A DNA stretch of 64,000 nt from an uncultured Candidatus Rokubacteria bacterium (GCA_963826115.1 CAWGVS010000005.1:480001-544000), one strand, 5' to 3'. Positions 9,727 through 19,196 are shown, numbered from the stretch's first letter. Made by a program: numbers and translations. Notes: generated by a model from the letters alone, not told the origin.

Positions 9727-10557
9727 ATGACCCAGGTGGTGCGCATCGGCCACAGCCCGGACGCCGACGACGCGTTCATGTTCTACGCCATGACCCACGG
9801 CAAGGTCACGATACCCGGTGTCCGGATCGAGCACGTGCTCGAGGACATCGAGTCGCTCAATCGCCGCGCGGCCTCGACGGAGCTCGAGGTCACGGCGGTG
9901 TCGTGCGCCACCTACCCGAGCATCGCCGACCGCTACCGCCTGATGGACCCCGGTGCGTCGATGGGGAAGGGCTATGGCCCGATCGTGGTGGCTCGGGAGC
10001 CCCTCGCCCCCGAGGCGCTGGGAGATCGGGTCATCGCCATCCCGGGGTACGGGACGACGGCGTACCTCCTGCTCCGGCTCGCGCTCGGCGACCCCACCGT
10101 GATCGTGGTGGCCTTCGACCAGATCCCGCGGGTGGTGGCCGAGGGCCAGGCCGATGCCGGGCTCCTGATCCACGAGGGGCAGATCACGTACGGCGCGATG
10201 GGTCTCCACAAGGTGCTCGACATGGGCGAGCTGTGGACCAAGCGCACGGGGCTGCCGCTCCCGCTCGGCGTCAACGTGACGCGGCGGGACCTTGGCGAGG
10301 CGATGGCGTCGAGCCTGTCCGAGGCGCTCCGGGCCTCGATCCGCTACGCGCACGCCCACCCCGACGAGGCCGTGGGGTACGCGCTTCGCTACGGGCGGGG
10401 GATCGACGCGGAGACGTGCACGCGCTTCGTGCACATGTACGTCAACGACTTCACGGTGGCATTGGGCGCGGAGGGTCGCCGCGCGCTGGAGACGCTGTAC
10501 CGGGAGGCGGTCGAGGCGCGGCTCCTCGACCGGATGCCCCCGCTCGACCCGCTCTAG
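9727..10557 (+). CDS. mqnD: 1,4-dihydroxy-6-naphthoate synthase (MqnA/MqnD family)
   Basis: IGHSPDADDAFMFYA, GYGP, LIHEGQ, LPLPLG, MYVN; adjacent to mqnCAE. Confidence 0.9.
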   Translation: MTQVVRIGHSPDADDAFMFYAMTHGKVTIPGVRIEHVLEDIESLNRRAASTELEVTAVSCATYPSIADRYRLMDPGASMGKGYGPIVVAREPLAPEALGDRVIAIPGYGTTAYLLLRLALGDPTVIVVAFDQIPRVVAEGQADAGLLIHEGQITYGAMGLHKVLDMGELWTKRTGLPLPLGVNVTRRDLGEAMASSLSEALRASIRYAHAHPDEAVGYALRYGRGIDAETCTRFVHMYVNDFTVALGAEGRRALETLYREAVEARLLDRMPPLDPL

Positions 10558-10593
10558 GGGCGCGACGCCCGGGACGTCCCGCGCGGGGCCGTC

Positions 10594-11682
10594 CTAGAAC
10601 GCCTTGACCCGCTCGTAGAGCGTGGTCCGCTGGACGGGCCGGTACCCGGCGTCCCGGATCAGGGCCACGATCTCGTCGACCGCGATCTTGTTCACGTAGT
10701 CCGCCGCCCGGTGGACGTTCTCCTCGAAGAGCGTGCCGCCCCAGTCGTCGGCGCCGAAGTGGAGGGCGATCTGCCCGGCCCGCTTCCCCTCCGAGAACCA
10801 GGACGCCTGCACGTGGGGCACGTTGTCCAGGTAGCAGCGGGACACGGCCAGCATCCGGCAGTAGACGTTCGGCCCTGCGTAGTGCTTGATCCACTTCTCG
10901 AGGAGCGTGTTGCCCGGCTTGAACGACCACGGCACGAACGCCGTGAACCCCCCGGTCTCTTCCTGGAGGTCGCGCACGGCGTCCAGGTGGTCCAGGATGT
11001 CCTCCGGTCCCTCGACGTGGCCGTACATCATCGTGGCGGTGGAGCGGAACCCACGCCGGTGGGCCTCGCGGTGGACCTCGAGCCAGGCCTTCGGGCCGCC
11101 CTTCTTCGGGGCGATGCGAAGGCGGACCCGCTCGGACAGGACCTCGGCGCCGCCGCCGGGCAGGGTCCGCTGCCCGGCCTCGTGGAGACGCGCGAGCACG
11201 TCCCCGATCGGCAGCGCGGAGACCTTCGCCATGGTCTGGATCTCCGACGCCGTGAAGAAGTGGGGCAGCACGTCGGGGAAGCGCCGGCGGGTCTCGCGGA
11301 CGAGATCCAGGTAGTACTCGAGGGGCAAGGACGGATTGTGCCCGCCTTGCAGGAGCACCGTGGTCGCCCCCCGCTCGACGGCCCCCGCGATCTTGGCCAT
11401 CACCTCGTCGACCGTGAGGGTGTAGGCCTCGGGGTCACCCGGCTTCCGGTAGAAGGCGCAGAACTGACAGTCGGTCACGCACACGTTCGTGTAGTTCGGG
11501 TTCGTGTCGATGGCGAACGTGACCTCGCCGCCCGGATGGAGGCGTCGGCGCACGACGTCCCCGAGCTGCCCGACCTCGAGGAGCGGGGCCTCGGTCAGGA
11601 GCCAGCGGCCCTCGTCGCGGGTCAGGCGCTCCGACCCGTCGATCTTCGCCCGGACCGTGTCCAGCACGCCGTTGCCCATCAT
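10594..11682 (-). CDS. mqnC: Cyclic dehypoxanthine futalosine synthase (radical SAM)
   Basis: NYTNVCVTDCQFCAF (CxxxCxxC), LQGG, PGGGAE, MMYGHVE, QASW, EENV. Confidence 0.9.
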   Translation of the reverse strand: MMGNGVLDTVRAKIDGSERLTRDEGRWLLTEAPLLEVGQLGDVVRRRLHPGGEVTFAIDTNPNYTNVCVTDCQFCAFYRKPGDPEAYTLTVDEVMAKIAGAVERGATTVLLQGGHNPSLPLEYYLDLVRETRRRFPDVLPHFFTASEIQTMAKVSALPIGDVLARLHEAGQRTLPGGGAEVLSERVRLRIAPKKGGPKAWLEVHREAHRRGFRSTATMMYGHVEGPEDILDHLDAVRDLQEETGGFTAFVPWSFKPGNTLLEKWIKHYAGPNVYCRMLAVSRCYLDNVPHVQASWFSEGKRAGQIALHFGADDWGGTLFEENVHRAADYVNKIAVDEIVALIRDAGYRPVQRTTLYERVKAF

Positions 11683-11686
11683 CGGC

Positions 11687-12424
11687 TCACTCTCCGAGGA
11701 GGGCCAGGAGCCGGCGGTACTCCGCCACGGCCTTGTCGTCGTCGGGCTCGATGCGGTACCGGAAGCTCTCGAGGTAGGTGACGATGTCCCTCTCGGGGAG
11801 CCCGATGTCCCGCCGGCGCGCGGCGATCGCCGGGAGGCTCGCGAGCCCCGTCCGGAGGGCGTCCGACAGCGCGGACTCGAGGCCCGCGCGTGCCCCCACC
11901 GGCGCGTCGCGGCGGACGGCCCACGCCGCGAACACCATCGGGTAGCCTGTCCACGCCGTCCACTCCTCGCCGAGGTCGTAGCAGAACGGCCGGGGCCACG
12001 GTCCCGCGCGGAGGCGCAAGGCGGCGTCTCCGATCAGGAGGGCCGCGTCCGCCGGGTCGTCGAGGCCGACGAGGATCGGCGCCGGCACCTCGTGCCGGAA
12101 GGCCAGCAGCATGCGGAGGAGCCGCACGGACGTCGAGGTCTCGCCGGTGACCGCGATCCGGCGCCCGCCGAGCTCGCCGATCGGGCGGTCGGAGAAGAGG
12201 AGGACGCTCTGGGCCCGCTCGGGGCCCACGATGCCGAACGGGAGGCGCGTCACCGTCCGCTCGAGCCTCAAGCAGTCGGCGAGGGCCAGCGGCCCGGCGT
12301 CGATCCGGCCGGCCACCACGGCCTCGCCGAGGGCCCGGGGCGGGAGCGACTCCGCGATGGGCCAGGGGAACGCGTGGAAGAACGGCTCCACGTTCAGATA
12401 GGAGATCCGGCCGACCCGCAGCAT
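11687..12424 (-). CDS. mqnA: Chorismate dehydratase
   Basis: MLRVGRISYLNVEP, SVLLFS, TSTS, LLIGDAAL, DLGEEW...PMVFAAW; TGATG coupling to mqnE. Confidence 0.9.
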   Translation of the reverse strand: MLRVGRISYLNVEPFFHAFPWPIAESLPPRALGEAVVAGRIDAGPLALADCLRLERTVTRLPFGIVGPERAQSVLLFSDRPIGELGGRRIAVTGETSTSVRLLRMLLAFRHEVPAPILVGLDDPADAALLIGDAALRLRAGPWPRPFCYDLGEEWTAWTGYPMVFAAWAVRRDAPVGARAGLESALSDALRTGLASLPAIAARRRDIGLPERDIVTYLESFRYRIEPDDDKAVAEYRRLLALLGE

Positions 12425-13524
12425 CAGTTCCACACCTTGATCACGTTGTAGAGCGCGTCGCGCTCCACCGGCACTCGGCCCGCGTCCCGAACCATCCGCA
12501 GGATCTGCTCGCGCGCGAGCCCCGCCGGGCTCTCCGCTCGCGCGGCGTGAGCGATGCGCTCGTCGACGAGGGTGCCGTTCACGTCGTCGGCGCCGAAGTT
12601 CAGCGCGATCGAGGCCGCCTCCTCGCCCATCATGACCCAGTACGCCTCGACGTGCGGGAAGTTGTCGAGGACGAGCCGCGACGTCGCGACCACGCGGAGC
12701 GCCTCGACCGCCGAGGCCTGACGGGGGACCAGCTTCGTGTCGCCGACCTGGTACAGGAGGGGAATGAAGGTCAGGAAGCCTCCGGTCTCGTCCTGGAGCT
12801 CCCGCAGGCGCAGCATGTGCCCGACCCGCTCGGCGTAGGTCTCGATGTGGCCGTAGAGCATGGTGGCGTTCGAGCGGATGCCGAGGCCGTGGGCGATGCG
12901 GTGGATCTCGAGCCACCGGTCGGCGCCGGCCTTTCCCATGAAGCGGAGGGCCTTCTGGAGCCGCGCCGAGAAGATCTCGGCGCCGCCGCCCGGCATCGTG
13001 TGGAGCCCCGCGGCCTTCAGCCGGGTGAGGGCCTCGAGGGGCTCGATCTTCCAGCGCCGCCACAGGTAGTCGATCTCCGCCGCCGTGAAGGCCTTGATCT
13101 GAGCCTCGGGGCGCGTGGCGTGGATGGTCTGGACCAGTCGCTCGTAGTACTCGAACGGCCAGTCGGGGTGGTGGCCGCCCACGATGTGCACCTCGCGGAC
13201 GTCGTCCTCGATCATGGCCACGATGTCCTCGATCGAGTGCTCGAACGCGCCCTCGTCGCCCTTCTTCTTGGCGAAGTCGCAGAACGAGCAGGAGAGGACG
13301 CAGAGGTTGGTCGGGTTCACGTACCGGTTGATGACGAAGAAGACCCAGTCCCCGGACTTCTGGCGCTTGACGTGATCCGCCATCCGCCCGAGCCCGAGGA
13401 GGTCGTCGGTCTCGAGGCACGCGAGGCCGTCCGCGGCGTCCAGGCGCTCCCCGGCCTGAACCTTCTCCCACACCGGACGCAGTCTCGCGTCCGAGACGCG
13501 AAGGTCGTCGACGACGCTGCCCAT
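12424..13524 (-). CDS. mqnE: Aminofutalosine synthase (radical SAM)
   Basis: NPTNLCVLSCSFC, EVHIVGG, KAFTAAEI, MPGGGAEIF, NATMLYGHIE, AYWVM. Confidence 0.9.
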   Translation of the reverse strand: MGSVVDDLRVSDARLRPVWEKVQAGERLDAADGLACLETDDLLGLGRMADHVKRQKSGDWVFFVINRYVNPTNLCVLSCSFCDFAKKKGDEGAFEHSIEDIVAMIEDDVREVHIVGGHHPDWPFEYYERLVQTIHATRPEAQIKAFTAAEIDYLWRRWKIEPLEALTRLKAAGLHTMPGGGAEIFSARLQKALRFMGKAGADRWLEIHRIAHGLGIRSNATMLYGHIETYAERVGHMLRLRELQDETGGFLTFIPLLYQVGDTKLVPRQASAVEALRVVATSRLVLDNFPHVEAYWVMMGEEAASIALNFGADDVNGTLVDERIAHAARAESPAGLAREQILRMVRDAGRVPVERDALYNVIKVWN

Positions 13525-13662
13525 GCCCGCCTCCCCGAGACTCGCGGCCGCGCTTCCGCGGCCAAAACCGGCCGGTCGGTCGGTCAGATTCTAACATTCG
13601 CCGTGATATAGTGCGGGACGTTCGCCGGAAGAACGCCGACAGCCTCGGGGAGGACGACGCTG

Positions 13663-14115
13663 ATGTCGGAGCCGAATCGCCAGTACTTCGAGGACATCGA
13701 GGTGGGTGACGAGTACCTGTCGCCCGGCCGCACCATCACCGAGGCCGACATCGTCGCGTTCGCCGGGCTGTCGGGCGACTACAACGTCCTCCACACCGAC
13801 GCCGAGTTCATGAAGACCTCGATCTTCGGCGAGCGCATCGCCCACGGTCTCCTCGGGCTGTCCATCTCGTCCGGCCTCGGCACGCGGGCCGTGCCCCGTC
13901 CCTTCGCCACGATGGCCTTCCTCGGACTCCGCTGGCGGTTCAAGGGGCCGATCAAGATCGGCGACACCATCAAAGTCCGCATGAAGGTGACCGCGAAGAA
14001 GGAGACGTCGAAGCCCGACCGCGGGATCGTGACCGTCCAGCGCGCCGTTCTCAACCAGCGGGGCGAGATCGTGCAGGAGGGCGACACCGAGCTCATGATC
14101 GAGCGCCGGAAGTAG
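13663..14115 (+). CDS. MaoC/PaaZ-like (R)-hydratase, hot-dog fold
   Basis: YFED, RTITEAD, SGDYNVLHTD catalytic D-x4-H, IAHG. Confidence 0.85.
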   Translation: MSEPNRQYFEDIEVGDEYLSPGRTITEADIVAFAGLSGDYNVLHTDAEFMKTSIFGERIAHGLLGLSISSGLGTRAVPRPFATMAFLGLRWRFKGPIKIGDTIKVRMKVTAKKETSKPDRGIVTVQRAVLNQRGEIVQEGDTELMIERRK

Positions 14116-14124
14116 CCGGGCCGG

Positions 14125-14553
14125 ATGCCCCGCTACTTCGAGGACCTCGAGGTGGGCGACGGGTTCGAGACCCCGGGCCGCACCATCACCGAGGCGGACG
14201 TCGTCAGCTACGCCGCGATCTCCGGCGAGCAGGAAGTCCTCGACTTCTCCCTTCGGGAATCTGACGGCCGGCCGGTGGTCCCCGAGCTCCTGATCATGGT
14301 CATGAGCTCGGGGCTCGGGTTCCGGGCGCCCGCCGAGACCCCTCAGGTGCTGGCCTTCATGGTGTTCGACCTGCACATCCTCCGCCCGGTACACGTGGGG
14401 GACACCATCCGGTGCCGCGTCCGGGTGGCCGGGAAGCGCCCGATGAAAGAGGCCGGGGTCGTCGTCGAACAGCGGCAGATGGTGAACCAGCTGGGCGACG
14501 TGGTGCAGGAGTCGGAGTACAAGCTCCTGGTGGCGCGCCGGCCGCCGGAGTGA
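14125..14553 (+). CDS. MaoC-like paralogue lacking the catalytic motif
   Basis: Same N-terminus (YFEDLEVGD...GRTITEAD), but SGEQEVLD replaces SGDxNxLH. Confidence 0.75.
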   Translation: MPRYFEDLEVGDGFETPGRTITEADVVSYAAISGEQEVLDFSLRESDGRPVVPELLIMVMSSGLGFRAPAETPQVLAFMVFDLHILRPVHVGDTIRCRVRVAGKRPMKEAGVVVEQRQMVNQLGDVVQESEYKLLVARRPPE

Positions 14554-14560
14554 GGGCCGG

Positions 14561-15349
14561 GTGACTCGCTCGCCGCGCTGGCGGGGCCTGCTGTACCGGC
14601 TCTACGCCCGGCGGCTCGAGGCCGAGGTGGGCCGGGGCCCCACCCCCCAGCACGTCGGCATCATCCTCGACGGGAACCGGCGGTGGGCCCGCGCGCAGGG
14701 TCGGGCCCCCGTGGACGCGTACCGGATGGGCGCGGCCAAGCTCGACGAGGTCCTGGCGTGGTGCGTCGACCTCGGCATCCCCGCGGTGACCCTGTGGGCG
14801 TGCTCCACCGAGAACCTCGGGCGCGACCCGGAGGAGCTGCGCGGGCTGCTCTCGGTGATCGAGAACAAGCTGAACGCCCTCGCTGGGGACCCGCGCATCC
14901 ACCGCCGCCGGATCCGGGTCCGCGCCGTCGGCAAGCTCGACCTCTTGCCCGACACGACGCTCGCCGCGATCCGGCGGGCCGAGCAGGCGACGGAAGGCTA
15001 CGCCGACGCCGTGCTCACTTTCGCGCTCGCCTACGGCGGCCGGCAGGAGATCGTGGACGCCCTCCAGCGCCTGGTACGCGACCGCGCCAAGCAGGGAGGG
15101 ACCCTCGACGAGATCGTCGACGCCGTGACGCAGGAGGAGATCGCCCGCTACCTGTACGCGCCCGATCTCCCGGATCCCGACCTGATCATCCGCACGTCAG
15201 GCGAAGTGCGGCTCTCGGGCTTCCTCCTGTGGCAGAGCGCGTACAGCGAGTTCTATTTCTGCGACGTCCACTGGCCGGCGTTCCGGAAGATCGACTTTCT
15301 GCGGGCGCTCCGGAGCTACCAGCAGCGCGACCGGCGCTTCGGCGCGTGA
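14561..15349 (+). CDS. cis-prenyltransferase (UppS family, short-chain Z-isoprenyl diphosphate synthase-like)
   Basis: HVGIILDGNRRWA, STENL, YGGRQEI, PDLIIRTSGEVRLSGFLLWQS, RRFG. Confidence 0.9.
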   Translation: MTRSPRWRGLLYRLYARRLEAEVGRGPTPQHVGIILDGNRRWARAQGRAPVDAYRMGAAKLDEVLAWCVDLGIPAVTLWACSTENLGRDPEELRGLLSVIENKLNALAGDPRIHRRRIRVRAVGKLDLLPDTTLAAIRRAEQATEGYADAVLTFALAYGGRQEIVDALQRLVRDRAKQGGTLDEIVDAVTQEEIARYLYAPDLPDPDLIIRTSGEVRLSGFLLWQSAYSEFYFCDVHWPAFRKIDFLRALRSYQQRDRRFGA

Positions 15350-16494
15350 GCGGGGAGGGCGCGGCCGGGCCCGACCGTCCCCGGATCCTCATCCTGTCCG
15401 CCCCCTACGGCGCCGGTCACCTCCGGGCCGCCGAGGCCCTGGCTCAGGCTCTCCGCGACGAGGGGGCGCGGGTCGAGGTCCTGGATCATTTCGTCAGTTT
15501 CGTGTCGCCCGCCTTCGTGCGCGCCTCGCTCGCCATGTTCTGGGGCGTCTTGCGTGTCGCGCCGCGGTTGTGGGGGCTGGCCTACGAGTTCTCGGCGCGG
15601 ATCGGCCCGCGCTCGCCGGCCATGGCGGGGATGGACCGGCTCGGCGCCGCGGGCCTCCTGCGTCACCTCGAGCGCGAGCGGCCGGATGCGGTGGTGCATC
15701 TGCACCCGACGCCCGCCGGCGCGATGGTGTGGCTGCGCGCGCGGGGCGCGACCGCGGTGCCGCACGGGATCGTGTTCACGGACTTCGCCGCGCACCCCCA
15801 GTGGATCCACCCCGGCCTGGAGCGCTACTTCGTGCCGAGCGAGGCCGTGCGCACGGGCGTCGTGGCGCAGGGGATCCCGCCCGATCGGGTCGTCGCCAGC
15901 GGGTTGCCGGTCGACTCGGCCTTCGCGACGCCGCCCGACCGGCCCGCGCTTCGCGCGGCGCTGGGGGTGCCGGCCGACGTGCCGCTCGTGCTCGTCACCG
16001 GCGGCATGCGCGGCATCCTTCGGGGAGTGAGGGAGGCGTGCGAGGCGCTGGCGGCCCTCGAGCGACCGTTCCTCGCCGTCGCGGTTTGCGGGAACCACCG
16101 TCGCCTCGAGGCGCGGCTTCGGCGGAGGTACGCCGGAGATCCGCGGTTCCGGATCCTGGGTCGGGTGGCCGACATGGCGCGGGTGATGGGGGCGGCCGAC
16201 CTCGTCGTCACGAAGGCGGGCGCGATGACGTGCGTCGAGGCGCTCGCCCTCGGCCGCCCGCTGCTGCTCCACCGGTCGCTCCCGGGCCAGGAGCAGGCCA
16301 ACGAGGCCGGCCTGGTGGCGGCGGGCGCGGCGCTCCGGGCGCGCAACGGGCGAGAGCTCGGACGCCTGCTGGACGCGCTCCTCGGCGAGCCCGACCTCCG
16401 TGCGACGCTGGCGGCGACGGGCCGGAGTCTCCGACGGCCGGACGCGGGTCGCACCGTGGCGAAGGAGATGCTCGGCCTCCTGGGGCGGGGATGA
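15346..16494 (+). CDS. MGDG synthase/UgtP-like glycosyltransferase (GT28)
   Basis: ILILSAPYGAGHLRAA, TDFAAHPQW, TKAGAMT, PGQEQAN; GTGA overlap with the upstream gene. Confidence 0.85.
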   Translation: MSGEGAAGPDRPRILILSAPYGAGHLRAAEALAQALRDEGARVEVLDHFVSFVSPAFVRASLAMFWGVLRVAPRLWGLAYEFSARIGPRSPAMAGMDRLGAAGLLRHLERERPDAVVHLHPTPAGAMVWLRARGATAVPHGIVFTDFAAHPQWIHPGLERYFVPSEAVRTGVVAQGIPPDRVVASGLPVDSAFATPPDRPALRAALGVPADVPLVLVTGGMRGILRGVREACEALAALERPFLAVAVCGNHRRLEARLRRRYAGDPRFRILGRVADMARVMGAADLVVTKAGAMTCVEALALGRPLLLHRSLPGQEQANEAGLVAAGAALRARNGRELGRLLDALLGEPDLRATLAATGRSLRRPDAGRTVAKEMLGLLGRG

Positions 16495-17198
16495 CGGCGC
16501 GCGCGGGGTGGTGGGTGGCCGGCGCGGGCGCCGCTGCGTGGGTCGCCTACGCGTGGGGCGCGCAATGCGCGCTCCCGGCGCTCGCGTGGAGGCGTGGGCG
16601 GCCGGGGCGCCGCCGGGTGGCCCTCACGTTCGACGACGGCCCGGAGCCGGAGGCGACGCCCCGACTCCTCCGCCTCCTCGCCGCGCGCGGCGTGCGGGCC
16701 ACGTTCTTCCTGATCGGTGAGCGTGCCGCCCGGCACCCCGAGGTGGTGAGGGAGATCGCGACGGCGGGCCACGAGATCGGGAATCACACGTGGCGGCATC
16801 GCAACGCCTGGTTCCTGCCCCCGGCTGCCGTGGACCGGGAGATCACCGAGGGCGCGCGCATTCTGGGCGACATCGTCGGGACCGCGCCGCGCCTCTTCCG
16901 GCCGCCCTGGGGCATCGTCAACGCGGCCGGGCTCAGGACCGCGCGGCGGCTCGGGCTGGTGACCGTCCTCTGGTCCGTCCAGCACGAGGGGCTCCGGCCC
17001 CGATCGCCCGTCGCCCAGCTCCGCCACCTCGCCGGCCGTTTGTCGGACGGCGCGATCGTCGACCTCCACGACGCGCCGGGCTTGCCCGGCGCTCCGGAGC
17101 GCCTCCTCGCGACGATGCCGGGTCTCCTCGACGCCGTGGAGGAGCGCGGGCTCACCGCGGTGCCTGTCGGCCAGCTGCTCGACCTGCCTGCCGCCTAG
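16491..17198 (+). CDS. Polysaccharide deacetylase (CE4/NodB) with N-terminal anchor
   Basis: LTFDDGP, ATFF, HEIGNHTWRH, FRPPWG, DLHD; ATGA overlap. Confidence 0.9.
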   Translation: MTARAGWWVAGAGAAAWVAYAWGAQCALPALAWRRGRPGRRRVALTFDDGPEPEATPRLLRLLAARGVRATFFLIGERAARHPEVVREIATAGHEIGNHTWRHRNAWFLPPAAVDREITEGARILGDIVGTAPRLFRPPWGIVNAAGLRTARRLGLVTVLWSVQHEGLRPRSPVAQLRHLAGRLSDGAIVDLHDAPGLPGAPERLLATMPGLLDAVEERGLTAVPVGQLLDLPAA

Positions 17199-17294
17199 GG
17201 CGCACCCGGCGCGCTCGCCGCGAAAAATCTTGGGCCGCTCCCGGCCCGCGCCGTACTCTGGCCGTGAGTAATCCAACTCACGGAGGTGTTCTCG

Positions 17295-17585
17295 ATGGGA
17301 CGTCGATTCACGGTGGTGGCGGTCACGATCTTCCTGGGAGCGGGTGTGGCGTCGGCGCAGAGCCAGCCGCCGCGGAATCCCCCGGACTCGCCGTACACCG
17401 ACACGGTGTACACGTCCGACCAGCACATGGCGTTCTCGATCCGGACCAACATCATCCAGTGGTTCGGGGGTGTCGACGTCGCCCGCGAACAGGACAAGAA
17501 GATCTCCGAGAAGCAGGGTTGGTGGGGCGACCCCATCGCCCAGGTTTCCCCGGAGCTCGCGAAGCCGCCGATGTCCGACCGCTAG
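17295..17585 (+). CDS. Small secreted hypothetical protein
   Basis: RBS GGAGGTG; signal peptide ending ASA-Q. Confidence 0.7.
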   Translation: MGRRFTVVAVTIFLGAGVASAQSQPPRNPPDSPYTDTVYTSDQHMAFSIRTNIIQWFGGVDVAREQDKKISEKQGWWGDPIAQVSPELAKPPMSDR

Positions 17586-17848
17586 CCGAGTCTCGCGTCC
17601 GTCGCGCCTCCGATGCGGCCCGGCCCACGACCGGGGGGCTGGACCGTGCGCTAGAATGGTGAGCGTTCCGTGGTAGCTCACTATTCGTCAGGGGGCGTTT
17701 CGATGGATCCTCGCGACAGGTCCCGCGTCATCCTCGAGGGCTCGGCTCGTGCGCGGAACCTGTCGGGCGTGATGCGCTCCCGGCTGCTCGCCTCGGCCGC
17801 CGACGGCGCCGTCACCGACTGACGCATCGCGTACGGAGCGTCGATCGC

Positions 17849-18490
17849 ATGGACACCGGCCCGGTCGACCACATTCTCACGACGACCCGCTCCGTCCGGC
17901 GGCGACTCGACCTCGGCCGCCCGGTTGATCCCCGGGTCATCGAGGAGTGCCTGGAGATCGCCGTCCAGGCGCCGACCGGGGGCAACATCTCGCGCTACCA
18001 CTTCGTCGTGGTGACGGACCCTGCCAGGAGGGCCGGGGTCGCCCAGTACTACCGGAAGGTCTTCTTCGACGAGTATCTGCCCCGTCGCGCCCAGGTCACG
18101 CCTGACTTCCCGGAGCGCGACAGGGGCTTCTCCGACTCGGCGACCTATCTGGCCGAGCACCTGCACGAGGTGCCGGTGCTGGTGATCCCGTGCGTGGAGG
18201 GGCGCCTGGAGGACAAGGGCCCCATGGTCCGGGCCGCCTCGTACGGGAACATCCTGCCGGCGGCCTGGTCCTTCATGCTCGCGCTGCGCGCCCGGGGACT
18301 GGTCGCCGCGTGGACGACGCTCCACATCCGCTACGAGCGCGAGGTCGGCGCGCTCCTCGGGATCCCGGAGACGGTAACCCAGGCCGCGCTGATCCCCGTT
18401 GCCCACTCGACGGGCGGGGACTTCCACGTCGCCCGGCGCGTCCCCGCGCGCGAGCGGACATACTGGGACAGCTGGGGCCGGACGCGCTAG
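17849..18490 (+). CDS. Nitroreductase family protein
   Basis: LTTTRSVRRRLD, QAPTGGN, ILPAAWSFMLALRARGL, WTTLH. Confidence 0.9.
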   Translation: MDTGPVDHILTTTRSVRRRLDLGRPVDPRVIEECLEIAVQAPTGGNISRYHFVVVTDPARRAGVAQYYRKVFFDEYLPRRAQVTPDFPERDRGFSDSATYLAEHLHEVPVLVIPCVEGRLEDKGPMVRAASYGNILPAAWSFMLALRARGLVAAWTTLHIRYEREVGALLGIPETVTQAALIPVAHSTGGDFHVARRVPARERTYWDSWGRTR

Positions 18491-18517
18491 TCGTGTCCGA
18501 CTGACCCCTCACGATCC

Positions 18518-19147
18518 GTGGCGCTCCGTACCCAGCTCTCGATCGGCGTCAGGCGCGTGGCCGACTTCCTCGACCACCGGTTGCCGCGCGTCGCGGCGAT
18601 CGCGCGGCCCGCGTGGCGGAAGGTCGGCGGGCCACTCGGCCTGGCCGGCTACTGGGCCTACCGCCGAAACTTCCAGTACTACCAGGAGGTCGCTCGGCTC
18701 GCGCGGACGTACGTGCCCGCGGGCGGCTCGGTCCTCGACGTGGGGGCGAACGACACCCTGGTCCTCAGTCGGCTGGACTGGTTCCGGCGTCGGGTGGCCC
18801 TGGACAGGAACCCCATACCCTCGCAGCCCGGCGCCGAGCGGGTGCAGTCGAACTTTCTCGACTACCGGCCCGAGTCGCCGTTCGACCTGGTGATCTGCCT
18901 CCAGGTGCTCGAGCACCAGGACGTTCCCGAGCCGTTCGCCCAGAAGCTTCTCCACACGGGCCGGACGGTGATCGTGTCGGTCCCTCACGAGTGGCCGGCA
19001 GGTCGCCGCGCCGACCACCCCCAGGATCCGGTCAGCGAGGCCAAGCTCGTCGGGTGGATGGGCCGTCCGCCGGCCGAGACCATGATCGTGCGAGACGACG
19101 GGGCCGATCGCCTGATCGCGGTGTTTCCGGGCGCGGCGCCGAAGTAG
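18518..19147 (+). CDS. Class I SAM-dependent methyltransferase-like protein
   Basis: SVLDVGA, FDLVICLQVLEH, IVSVP. Confidence 0.7.
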   Translation: MALRTQLSIGVRRVADFLDHRLPRVAAIARPAWRKVGGPLGLAGYWAYRRNFQYYQEVARLARTYVPAGGSVLDVGANDTLVLSRLDWFRRRVALDRNPIPSQPGAERVQSNFLDYRPESPFDLVICLQVLEHQDVPEPFAQKLLHTGRTVIVSVPHEWPAGRRADHPQDPVSEAKLVGWMGRPPAETMIVRDDGADRLIAVFPGAAPK

Positions 19148-19196
19148 CGGCGGGAGGGGAAGCCGGGGCGGCGATCCGGGCCGCCGCCCCGGCCGG

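Noticed and set aside
17703-17822. 39-codon ORF upstream of the nitroreductase
   Set aside because: No recognisable motif and only a weak RBS, so it cannot be distinguished from chance.
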